Positions 12,501 through 24,300 of a stretch of 64,000 nucleotides of DNA are shown in pieces. The stretch covers positions 207,339 through 271,338 of the forward strand of contig NW_004797502.1 in assembly GCF_000002075.1 (NCBI RefSeq). The letters run 5' to 3'. Position 1 is the first letter of the stretch, and each line of letters starts with the position of its first letter. The notes under the pieces are model-generated. The model was given only the letters and a program-made list of their open reading frames with translations. It had not been told where the DNA came from and ran no database searches. Both the position numbers and the translations under genes were made by a program. Origin of the DNA: Aplysia californica (lineage: Eukaryota).

Positions 12501-15500
12501 ACTGGAGAAGAAATTCAAAATGTGTGATTTTAGACAAGTACAGTTTTCCAGCATGTTTGTTCATTTTTCCTCTTTATATTTATAGTAATATTTCAAAGCA
12601 TGCACAAGTGATATGCTCCTTTCTGATAAAGAAAAAAGCAAAACAGTTGGCACCTTTTTAAAATTAAAATTTACATCACAATTCATGAAATTCCAAATGT
12701 ATTGTTGTATAATAATATTAAACATTAAAGAGTAAGATCAACATTATATTATATTCATTTTCATAAAACTAGAAAAGTTGAATGAAGACTCAATAATTAC
12801 CCACAACAGTTATCGTTATCATTAAATGATTTATTTATAAAGGACCCAGCAACAAAAGTTTAAATACTGCTTAAATTTGACCTCTTTCTCTAAGGCATGC
12901 TCTATGCACTTTGCAACTATGTTTCTTTCCCTCACTCCTCAGGGATTTCTTTTACCTGCTCATCATTCATTCTCATGATATGACGAGCCAGGACCTCTCG
13001 GAAGTCCTCAGCCGTCACAGAGCCGATCTTGGCATAATCGATGCTCTCAAAGTCCCTCAGGATGTTGTGGTAGTGGGAAACAACTGCCTCGTGCACGCGC
13101 TCCGCCACCTCGTCCACCGAGACCAGCGGGTTCGGCCCCGGGGGGAAAGCATTCTGGAGGGACTGGAGGTACTGGTCACTGATGTCAATCTGCAGAAAAT
13201 GAAAAAGTTGTCAATCACATTACTTGGTCACTGATGTCAATCTGCAGAAAATGAGAAAGTTGTCAATCACATTACTTGGTCACTGATGTCAATCTGCAGA
13301 AAATGAGAAAGTTGTCAATCACATTACTTGGTCACTGATGTCAATTTGCAGAAAATGAGAAAGTTGTCAATCACATTACTTGGTCACTGATGTCAGTCTG
13401 CAGAAAATGAAAAATAAAAAAGGTGTCAATAACATTACTCGGTTACTGATGTCAATCTGCAGAAAAAAAGAAATTAAAAAGTTGCCTATAACTTTTCTTG
13501 GTCACTGATGTTAATCTGGAGAAAATAAACAAAATTATTTAAAAGTTGTCCGTATCATTTCTTGAACACTGCTGTTGTGCAACAAAGAATCTGTCATCAC
13601 AAACTACTCTTTTCTTTTTAAGAAGTTGGTTTATTTTCCTTTATTCAATTTGTTTTAAATGTAGGTGCTTTTTCCATCTCCATCAACACAAAGCGGCAAA
13701 GCACCTAACTGCAGATGCCATCACAAATGTTTTTCTGTTTTAAGATGTAAAATATCCAACAGGAAGCAGAATACTCCATAGCAATGTCATCAGTCTGGCA
13801 CATGGTATTGCTCAACTGTTTACGGTCATAACATAAACCTAAGAGTTAACATATACCATCCTCTTACCTCTCCAGAAATAAAGCTGGACAAGAAATCATT
13901 GTAGTCCACACACTGGTCAGGTCCAATGCTCAGGCCAGATTTGATGTGCTTCCACTGGACGTCGGTCAAGATGAAGCAGAACAGGTCCAGAACACGTCGG
14001 AACTCAGGAACCGGCACTTTGCCACTGCCATCCCGATCGAAAGCTGCCAAGGCCTGGGGATGAAAATCAAGACACAAAGAAGGTCAAGGTCCTTCCGATC
14101 CTGGGAGAACAGTCAAAGGTTGTCCCTGGTCCCATTGATTGACAGACAACAGATGATATGGGATTTACCAATGAATAGGATCCATAACTGTTACAGTCTA
14201 CACCAGCACCACCCCCACAATAATGTATGTATAACCCTTTCTACCCACCACCAAAGCAAAAATATATGTAATTCCCTTTTCCTCCCTTCTTCCTGCCCCC
14301 CCCCCCTTTCCCCCTCCAAAAAAAAAAAGAAAAAAGAAAAGAAATGCAAGTAACCAGCACACCTCAACAACCAAAAAAAGAATATTTATCATAAGAACAA
14401 AGTTTTATCTTTTCTTTCATATTTATTTTCAAATTTAAAGCAATACCTTTGTAACATCATCTATGTTCGCCTCCAATCGTTCTTTCAGCTTCTTCTCTGC
14501 CTCCTGAGGGTTAAGTTTCCTGAACTCATCAATACGGATGTCCCGTGGTTGTCGGCCATAGCTTGACTTTCGCCCATCCTCAAATGCCTTCAAAAAGTCT
14601 GAGTAGTTAATGCGACTTCTGTCTGTAGGTAAGCCAATTCTGAGGAATCATTTGGAGAAGCTAAATCAGAGCAGATTACAGAGCATAACTTTGCACGTCA
14701 TCACAATGTCAAGCACATTTTACCAAAGTCTTTGTCTGTGGCAACTTTCAACTCAAGTATGTACAATCCAAGAGTCTCCAAAGGAGAAGATATGAATGAC
14801 ACTGTTTCTGTGTCATGTCAAAGCATTTTCTTGTCTACAAACAGCCAATCGTACAAGGAGTTCATATTATGAGCAATTTTTTATTTTCTATTATGTAAAG
14901 GCTTTGCTTTTACCTGTAGAAGTATTTAAACATGCCAGAGGTGATATATTTTACAAAGGATGAGTTTTTTTTTTTTCATTTGTAGTAAGTCAAGAGGAAT
15001 AAGTTTTCCACGACAGCCAATGAAGTATACACATAAAGCTCTTATCAAACCACTTTTGACCTGGCTTGCAGTTGCTAACCTTTTGAGTCCGGAGTCCTTG
15101 AGACTACAGGATCCGTTTATCTGAATGTCGGAGGGACAACTCTTAGATTTACACCACTTCACACTGAGGAGCATATTCTTTGTGCACAAGGGTGAGGGCA
15201 GTGCACGCTTAGGTGTGTGCTCATACCTATGAGAGTTTAAATAAGATGGACATACAGGGAGTCCACTTAACATTTTTTGCGCACGGGACGCCAATCGGTG
15301 ACGGTACGAAGCCATCCCTTTTCTCCTCCAAACGCCACTCAGAGACGTAGTGATATTGCATGCACCGCAAACATATCCTTGTCTGTGGGGATAGGTGTTG
15401 CAGGCTCTGCGCGCTGCGTGGGTGGAAAGTGTTAAACCAACCACAATTCATCCAAAAACAGTGGTTAATTGAAAGAAAATGTATTTTCCAGTTTTTTATT

Positions 15501-17870
15501 CCTTATTTGAGCAATTTCTCTGAACTGAAAACACAGCTAAACCAAAGAAAATCTGGTGGTCCCGCAGATTTTGGTTTAGACTCAAATGTATTACAAAAAA
15601 GATGTAATGAACAGACCCTGTTGCATGTCTCCATTTGCACTTCATGCAACAGATCCTGACAACCCAATAGAAATATTTTTAATAGCCCTTCTTTTCCCTT
15701 CTGTTTACCTGTCCAAGAGAGCAAAGAACTGTTCGTCGTTGATAAAGAAGTTCTGTTCTATGAGGACTTTCTGGATGTCATCAGGAGTCAGTGAACCAAG
15801 TTTGCGCATGTCGTACTTGCGGAATGCCGTGTAGAAATCTTGATAGCTGTCTCGGATCTTGTCCCTAACAGAAATAAAACATTTTTCATGCTCATGTATA
15901 TAGCTGACAATTGAGTGCATTCAACGAAAAGAAGACAGCAGTTTTGAGAGTTATGGTGGAAAAACACCAGGGAGTATAACTCATACTGCATTTTAAGTTT
16001 TAGTAAGACCTTTAACGAACTTGCAACACAAATACGTCATATTATACCTGCTGAATACTGCACTTTGGAGGTATTTAATAGGCCCACTGTTCAAACCGTA
16101 GCCTCAAGTAAGCAGAAGAAAGTAGGTCAAGAATTCATCAGAACAGGAAAAATAAGAACATGGTCACTACAAACCCTTCTACTAAAAATAAACAGATGTC
16201 CGGAAGTGAAGATCACGACCTAACTTGCATTTGGTATCCCTTTAAGATCTCATTATTCTCCTCCTGTACTTCAAGAAAAATAATTTGTGATAGACAGACA
16301 CTTTGATGAAAAATAACATGAGGTATGAATTTTACAAGAATTTTACATTATGTTAGAAGATGAAAACAACGGTTGAAGAAAAAGAAAATATAGAACTCTC
16401 CATTGGGATGTATAGAACAACCCTTGTTGATTTAATAAGAAAATGGTGTGTTTGAAAAATGCTTCCTCATATCAGTCAATATATGTTATTGCACCTGTTA
16501 AATAAGCCAATGTTATGTTTGTAAAAATATTGAATGAAAATGTAAACAATAAATTTTAAGGATATTCAGCACTTATCTACTCTCAGAGTTTAATTGTAGA
16601 GTGTATAACTTAAGCTTAAATGTCTGCAGTAGGTATGTTGACAAGGACTTAAAGGCATATATAGATGTTTGATAGGAAAGAAGTAGCAAACCACACTATG
16701 GCACCTGAAAGCAAACCACCAACAAGGAGGAGCAAACCACACTAGAGCATCCGCAAACCACTCAAAAGGAGGAGAGAATAGAAAAATAGATGTTTGATAG
16801 AAAAGGAGGAGCAAACCACACAGAAGCACCCCCAACCATCCACAAGGAGGAGAGAATAGAAGAATAGATGTTTGATAGAAAAGGAGAAGCAAAACACACT
16901 AGAGCCCTCGGGCTGCCAACCGTTCGCTGAACCCACCGTAACTGTCGCTCCACCATGATGGCTGGCATGTTGTTGGTGAGGTTGGCCTGGTTCCAGGTGA
17001 TATCTTCGTGCCGCTGCTGCTGCAGGGAGTTGTGCTCGTCCAGGAAGCGGTAGTTGCCGCTGATGATGTTGCTGCTGGGACCCTGGTCATCGCCGGGCGC
17101 GTACTCCCGGGCGCCGAGCCGCTGCAGGAAGTCTTGGTGGGAGATGAAGCCTTTGTTGTCGATGTCCAGCCTGAGATCAAGAACATAACAAAATTTATAC
17201 ATAATTATTTTGAGTCTCTCTNNNNNNNNNNNNNNNNNNNNNNNNNNNNNNNNNNNNNNNNNNNNNNNNNNNNNNNNNNNNNNNNNNNNNNNNNNNNNNN
17301 NNNNNNNNNNNNNNNNNNNNNNNNNNNNNNNNNNNNNNNNNNNNNNNNNNNNNNNNNNNTCTTTCTTATTCTTTTTTTATCACAGAACACATTAAATAAT
17401 ATCTCTACCAGTGACTGTCACGTAGCAGTTGGGTGCGATTTTCTAAATACATGGAAGACATGAGTTCAATTCCTGTGTGGTGATGTTTGTTTTATGGAGT
17501 ATCTCCTTCTGCCTGCCGGGACATTGTATTCCTCTCAACCTAGTATGGTTCAGACAAGAAGGCTGCAGTCCATATCCTAAATGATCTATATTGTGTCAAT
17601 GGGAACTTTCAAATTTCTACAATTATAATTACAAAACCAGTATACAAATTTTTTAAGGAAATTCTTTCAAAAGCATTAAAAGTAATTAAGAAGTAAACCT
17701 CAACGTTAACTGAAATTAACATACTGCAATTTTCTTGATTTCTTTCGAGTGGAATTCATAAGGTGCTTTTATCAGCTTATGAAACAAAAAACATAAATAT
17801 AACAGAGCATTGCAAAGTGAAAATGAAAACAAATATATATACACAAGCATGTGCATGTGCTCACACATGG

Positions 17871-17905
<35 letters not shown>

Positions 17906-17959
17906 AACCATGCTCACAAACATATAAACCATGTTCACACACACACATCCACAAACACA

Positions 17960-17998
<39 letters not shown>

Positions 17999-18304
17999 TT
18001 ACACACACAAACCATGTTTACAAACACACATCCACACACACAAACACACACATACACACATAAACCATGTTCACAAACATACAAACCATGTTTACAAACA
18101 CACACCCACACACACNNNNNNNNNNNNNNNNNNNNNNNNNNNNNNNNNNNNNNNNNNNNNNNNNNNNNNNNNNNNNNNNNNNNNNNNNNNNNNNNNNNNN
18201 NNNNNNNNNNNNNNNNNNNNNNNNNNNNNNNNNNNNNNNNNNNNNNNNNNNNNNNNNNNNNNNNNNNNNNNNNNNNNNNNNNNNNNNNNNNNNNNNNNNN
18301 NNNN

Positions 18305-18340
<36 letters not shown>

Positions 18341-18349
18341 GTGCTCACT

Positions 18350-18395
<46 letters not shown>

Positions 18396-21300
18396 CACAT
18401 TGGTACACTGACTTGGCCCAGAGTTTCTTGAATTCCTCTGCCTCCATGGGCATCGTGAACTTGTGAAGTGTGTCTCGGAGCTCCTGTTTGGTGATAATTC
18501 CATTGCCTTTGCTGTCCATGGTACGGAAAGCCTGACATAACAGAGAATGTTATGGTGTTACCTGTTCAGCACTGGATTTGCATACACAGTGCATCCTAAG
18601 AGCCACATTGTAGTTGTTTTTCACAATGTCACAGTATTCTAATAGTCAATCCCATAACAGGTGATGTAGCCATTAAATTAATTTCATGGTCATTAAAAAA
18701 GGAAGAGAGAGCACAGTTCAACATTCTTTGATGATCCACCTTCATTAAATGTTCTTTCTTTGTCATTACGCATTAGAATCAGGCACTCATCAATTTTTGG
18801 GCATCTGGGGCTATTGGTATCATCTTAAAGCTTGTTCATTTGGCCATTTTTTGATGAAAAAAAGAAACACCTGCCTTGAATAGAGGCCAAGGTATTTGCA
18901 ATGAAAGATGTATTTGCGATAAAGGAGGTCAGGTCACCTGGTTTCTGAGGTAAATTTAGCGAGAAAATGGCCTCCAAAGTTTGGTGATTTCCAAAGCTTG
19001 AAAGTTTTTGGAAACTGAAAATTTACATATTTTTGCGCCTTTAATCAATGTTTTTCAGTAAAATCCAAAAAAGAAATGTGTGAGCTAAAAAAAAGAATTT
19101 TTTGGGTAAATTGTCAAACTGGAAGAAATATGCCGATATCTTCGATTTCATTATCTTGACGAGCGTCTGATTTCACAACAATGCCTCACATATTTGTTCT
19201 GTTTTGCTTTCAAAGAGGAGTTTGACACTTTCCCAGCCTTGCAATAGTAAAGGTTAATGAAAATGTTATCTCTTAAAATGCAAAACCCCACTCACAATCT
19301 AAAAACTGATCTTTGTGTCCAAAATGTCTAGGTAAATAAGGGAGCAGTATTAGCCATCATAATAATATTGTCTACAGTGCTACAGGTAAAAAATGCTAAA
19401 AGTAACACTACCTTTGACAGATCTTTCCATTGTCTGTAGGCCTTGAGACCAAGCAAGTTGTGTGCCTCCTCTGCACTTAGGGGTTTGGGGGGGAACGTCT
19501 CATTGTACCTGAGGATTTTGACAAAGACGTATTGTTGTAGATAAATGGTTTTGAAACATCACTCAAGGTCTTATCACCTTGAACATCTTTTGCTTTACAA
19601 TGTTTTGTTTTATAAATACAAATACATACATAACTACAGATCATAAAGAAAATCAACAATAAAATAAGCAACCGGTTTGATTACTAAGACTTTGAATACT
19701 AAGACACAGATAGATGCCAATTATAGAGAAAAAAAAATAGTCGTAGAACCAAGAAATACAATATAATTGAATACCACTGTTTTTACCGATATCAGTAAAG
19801 GTATATAAAAGGTATGTCACAAATTTACAGGCAACATTTGTCATCTATGCGTATACCATGAATAAGTGTTAAATCCCTAAAAAGTTGTTTCTGTACTTGT
19901 ATTGTTCCCAGAGCATCAGTGACTGACCACAAAAATACAGTACTAAACAATAACAAGACTTACGTGTGCACTGAGTTGAGCCACTTGTGTCCCTCTGCTG
20001 TGTCTCGCTGCTCAAATCTCTCCAAGAATTCCAAGTAGCTGATCCTGCATCCTTTGACAATTCCTAATTTCTCACACAGTTTTTCGTACTCATCATCGTT
20101 CATGTTGATCATGAAAGCATCAAGCATTCTTCGGAAGCTGGATTTGTTTAAGCAGCCTCGGTGCAGGTCATCAAATTTGTAGAAAGCCCCTCTAAGATTC
20201 TGAGAAAGAACAAGAGTGGAAGAATACGTTTAATTCTTGTAAGTACTCACTAACGTTAATCTTTGTCATGCTCAAGGGCACATCAGACAGCAGTTTCTTT
20301 TTCAATTTTTATGCTAGGACATGATGTTGATTCTGAAGTGGGATTTGAACCCACAACCTTACAGTTAAGTGTCCAGTGGCGTAACCAATAGCCGATAACG
20401 GCCATGAAGAAAGAAAATTTTTACAAGATTTTACTTTGGGATATGGTAATGGTTTTATACTATCCTCTACATAAAAGAACAACTCGACCCAAAGCTCACA
20501 AAATCTCAATGTGTCATGGTACAGGCTAACTTACGGTAAAATTCTCTCTCAGTTTCTGCCGCAGCTTTGACTCCACTTCTAAAGCAGTCATAGTGCGCTC
20601 GTCTCCCCTTATGGGGTTGACTCGATGGTTGTCCATGTGCGACACAATGCCTAGCGACTCTGAGTGCCGAGGGTCGCCAAAGTTCATGATGAAGTCCATG
20701 TATTGCATGTGTCCGTTATTGAGGTTCAGGCGGGCCATCAGCTCAGAGTACTGCTCGTCTGACATGAGGATTCCGAGGTCTGACAGGATCTGTACATCAA
20801 CAACCAAAAGTTGTAGTTGAAGTTTTGATCTAATAATAATGTTTAATTCATGAATAGTGTAATTTGTACGGTATTCAACAGCAAGGTCTATGCACTTTGT
20901 GATCTTTATGTGTCATGACATGGTGGAATCAGGCGCTCGTCAATTTCAGGCATATTATGGAGCTATTGGTATCATCTTAAAACCTGTTCATTTACCTTTC
21001 TTTTGATGAAAAAAAATATCCATTTATCTTGGATACAAGTCAAGATAATGGCAATTGAAGGAGTTGGGGTCGCCAGTATTCAGAGGTAAAATTAGCAACA
21101 AAATGGGCGTCAAGCAGAGTTATTTCCTTAGCTTCAGAGTCTGTAGAAACTGAAAAATTACATCGGTTATTCCTTTAATCAACTTTTTTCAGTAAATTCC
21201 ATACATATAATATGTGCTCTTTAATGGTCATGAAAGGTGTTGAGCAAAAAAAATTTTTTTTATATTCGATAAAAGTTCTCAAACCTCTGGAAAAATGCCA

Positions 21301-24300
21301 GTTTCTTGACTTTCAATATTTTGACGAGCGCCTGATTTCACCACTCCGTCTCACACATTATTACCCCTAGACCCTAAAACACACAGAAACATTCTCAGCT
21401 TCCTATGAAGCATATTTTCTGGGTAAAAAATGACATGGTTTTCAAAAACACAACCAGTACTTTTTATTGAGAGTCATTACAAAGTCAGACTTGCCACTAT
21501 CAGTTTGTATAGTGCTGGACTACACTATGGATGGCAGCAGTTCAAATCAGAAGTGGACCATACTGTAGTTTGGAATGTTTGGAGAGTTTTCATGGCTCTC
21601 AGGAGAAGAAAATTACATCTAGAGGGCCTGCCTCTTATATAATCATAATTATAAACTACTGATTTTAAAAATCAACAGCGCTGTGCTGATATGTGTTATA
21701 CAATAATATATTGTTTTGTTCAGCTAGATGACTATCAAACAGAAACACACAACATAGATAGCATTTTTGCCTCTCCTGTTCTTCTTCTTCCTCGTTCTCG
21801 ATGACAGCAGCCAGACAGTCAGTCTCTCCTGTGAATTTGATCTTTTTGATATAAATTTGTATCATTAACATTTTTCAAACTTTACTCTGAGTAGTCTGAG
21901 GTATCATATGCGTTGTGAAGTGGTGGAATCAGGCGCTCGTCAGTTTTTGGGCACGTGGAGTTATTGGTTTCATTAAAAAGCTTGTTCATTTATCTTGCTT
22001 TAGATGAAAATAAAAATACCCTTCTATTGTTAAAAGAAGTCGAGATATTAAATGATTGAAGGAGGTTCACCTAATTTCAGAGGTAAACTTAGTGGGGAAA
22101 ATGGCTTGAAAATTGTAAGTTTACATTTTTTGTTCTTTTAATCAACGTTTTTCAGTAAAACCCATATGGAACTGTGTTTTTACATGGACATTGAAGGTAT
22201 TAAGCCCCCAAAAAAATTGAAAAAAGCCGAACAGGCAGAAAGATGGATTTTTTTATTTCATTATTTTAATGAGCACCTGATTTCACCACATTGCCTCACA
22301 TAATATAACTAAGCTGACCAATGCTTTCTAACAGCATCATTTAGCAAGTTAGATCTCATCAATCTCTACGCTAATTTGGTGTGACCTACCGCCCTGAACT
22401 GTGCTTTAGTGATGCGTCCTTTGTTCTTTTTATCATACGTGAGGAAAGCCTTGCGCAGAGCTGGGGACAGCTGGGCCATTTTGTCTTTGAAGCGAGCTAT
22501 CACTTCGTCAGCGGTCATCTCACTGGTTCTGTAGCACTGGGACATTGCCATCTGGTTGTGTCTGATGGAATTAAGAATAGAAAAATTATTTACAGGAAAT
22601 TCCTTGTTATCCAGAGATATATTTCAACATCAGAATGTATGCCATATGCTGACAAAATGCTTTTTTATATTCACAGCAGTTTCGAGAGAAAAAAGGCATT
22701 TTGTCAGCATATCCATTTTAAAAAAGGCATTCTTCCAAAATTTGAATGCTAAGTAATTCAAAATCTAGGCCTAGTAACAGTTTCACTTTGAATTTTTGAC
22801 ACAAGTAGGGTAACTTTAGCAAATTAAAAAAAAAAAAAATTTGGCGTCAAAAACGAAAAAAAGATATTTTGTCAGCAAACGGCAGGGACCCCCGTACACC
22901 GTACACACTTACAGTGTGCTACTTTACACTGAACCTACGCCTCAGCATGCAGTAGTGTAAACCTGGTAGTCAACCTCGAGCTTAGAATGCTCAGGTCCTG
23001 TATGCTCAGCTGATAAGATCTTAACAAAAGAATAAGACCACTCTTCTTAGACCATCTTGTTTGGCAATGAAATCAAAACTCTGCCTGGCACAAAATTCAA
23101 TACGTAGGAAGAGCATAACTTGGTACAGTGGTTAGAACACAGAAGGATGAGCTAAGCAGGGAGGAATGGGCAAAGATCATGCTCAAAATTACATATCCCT
23201 CCCAAACATTTCAGCGCAGGTATTTGTAGCCTAAGTGTCATCTACCTTCAGCTGGTTTTCTTTCTTCGACCACTCCCCCTACCTGCCAACCAACTTGAAG
23301 AAAAGAAGATGTGTTCAAAATAGTTCATAAGAGGCCACTACTGATGTTATTTGCTCTTATAGTAATATATGGAGTGTGGTAGGGATGTATTCTCATTCAG
23401 ATCCTAAACTGGGAGTTTTTGAATTAGGGTTGTTCAATGAGCTTTTTCATTGCTTTCCTCCGACCCAGCACTTTCCTGTCTAAGATGGAAATTAAATCAG
23501 AGGCTCCCACCTTTACCAATTCACCAAGTCTTTGGTGTGACACTTTGTTCTTAGAAAACAACAACAGAGATGATATCAGCCTTAACACTTTTCCTACTGC
23601 GAGCTGTATTTTGCGGACGTGGCCTCGCAGGACTGCGAGCCAAAAAATACGGCTTGAGTGGCTCACTTTATATTTCAATCCCGTAATGAAAAGACATGAA
23701 ATTCTCGGCCCATCCAGGTTTTAAAAATAGTTGAATAGACTTCCTGTTAGCAAAATAAGAAAGAAATATAGCACTGAGAGACGATTTTTAGTCATTCCAG
23801 CGCTTTTTTTGTCCTCTTCGAAACGTAAAAATGAAAAGAAAAGCGCTTCCCTGACTTCAGTATATACCTCATATTTTCACTTCTATAGTACGTACACATA
23901 CATAACTTTCAGCTTTTCTGTGCATTACTTGAGACAACCTACCTGGAAAGTTGGAATGATGCTGTGGTTGTACATTTTTAGATATGACCTTTCAAAGCCG
24001 GAAAATTGTGGATTTCGTATGACACCTTCAATATTGCATAATCACTTTTAGAGACCCCAAACTAATATAATTGGAACAAATCTTCAATATTGTATCGCCA
24101 TCTGATGGATTATTTTTTAACCTTCAGTTTGATGGGCCATATGATAAGGTTTGTGTGTGTTTAGTTGGATCTTTTGATATTTTCCTTTGGTGGGGTAGGG
24201 GCTTAAAAATAGGTAAGGGAAAAGCCCTGGGCCAGCGGTGGATTTTAGCCTGATAGGAAAAGAGTTAAAACATGGCTCACCTGTTCATCAAGTCCACTTG

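Noticed and set aside
13173-13525. Regularly spaced direct repeats resembling a CRISPR array
   Set aside because: No unique spacers, the units are contiguous, there are no cas genes, and the context is a eukaryotic intron.
16048-16086. 39-nt in-frame phase-2 exon candidate in EFCAB6 intron 21
   Set aside because: Weak acceptor and weak GTATAA donor; the stronger upstream AG leads to a stop; expected by chance.
17716-18466. His/Thr- and Cys/Val-repeat ORFs (also near 42415, 45882, 49673, 53927, 55352)
   Set aside because: (CA)n microsatellites and N gaps.
23000-23700. Possible Tx1/L1-like LINE remnant or extra exon
   Set aside because: Only vague similarity, no diagnostic motif, and not needed for the EFCAB6 reading frame.
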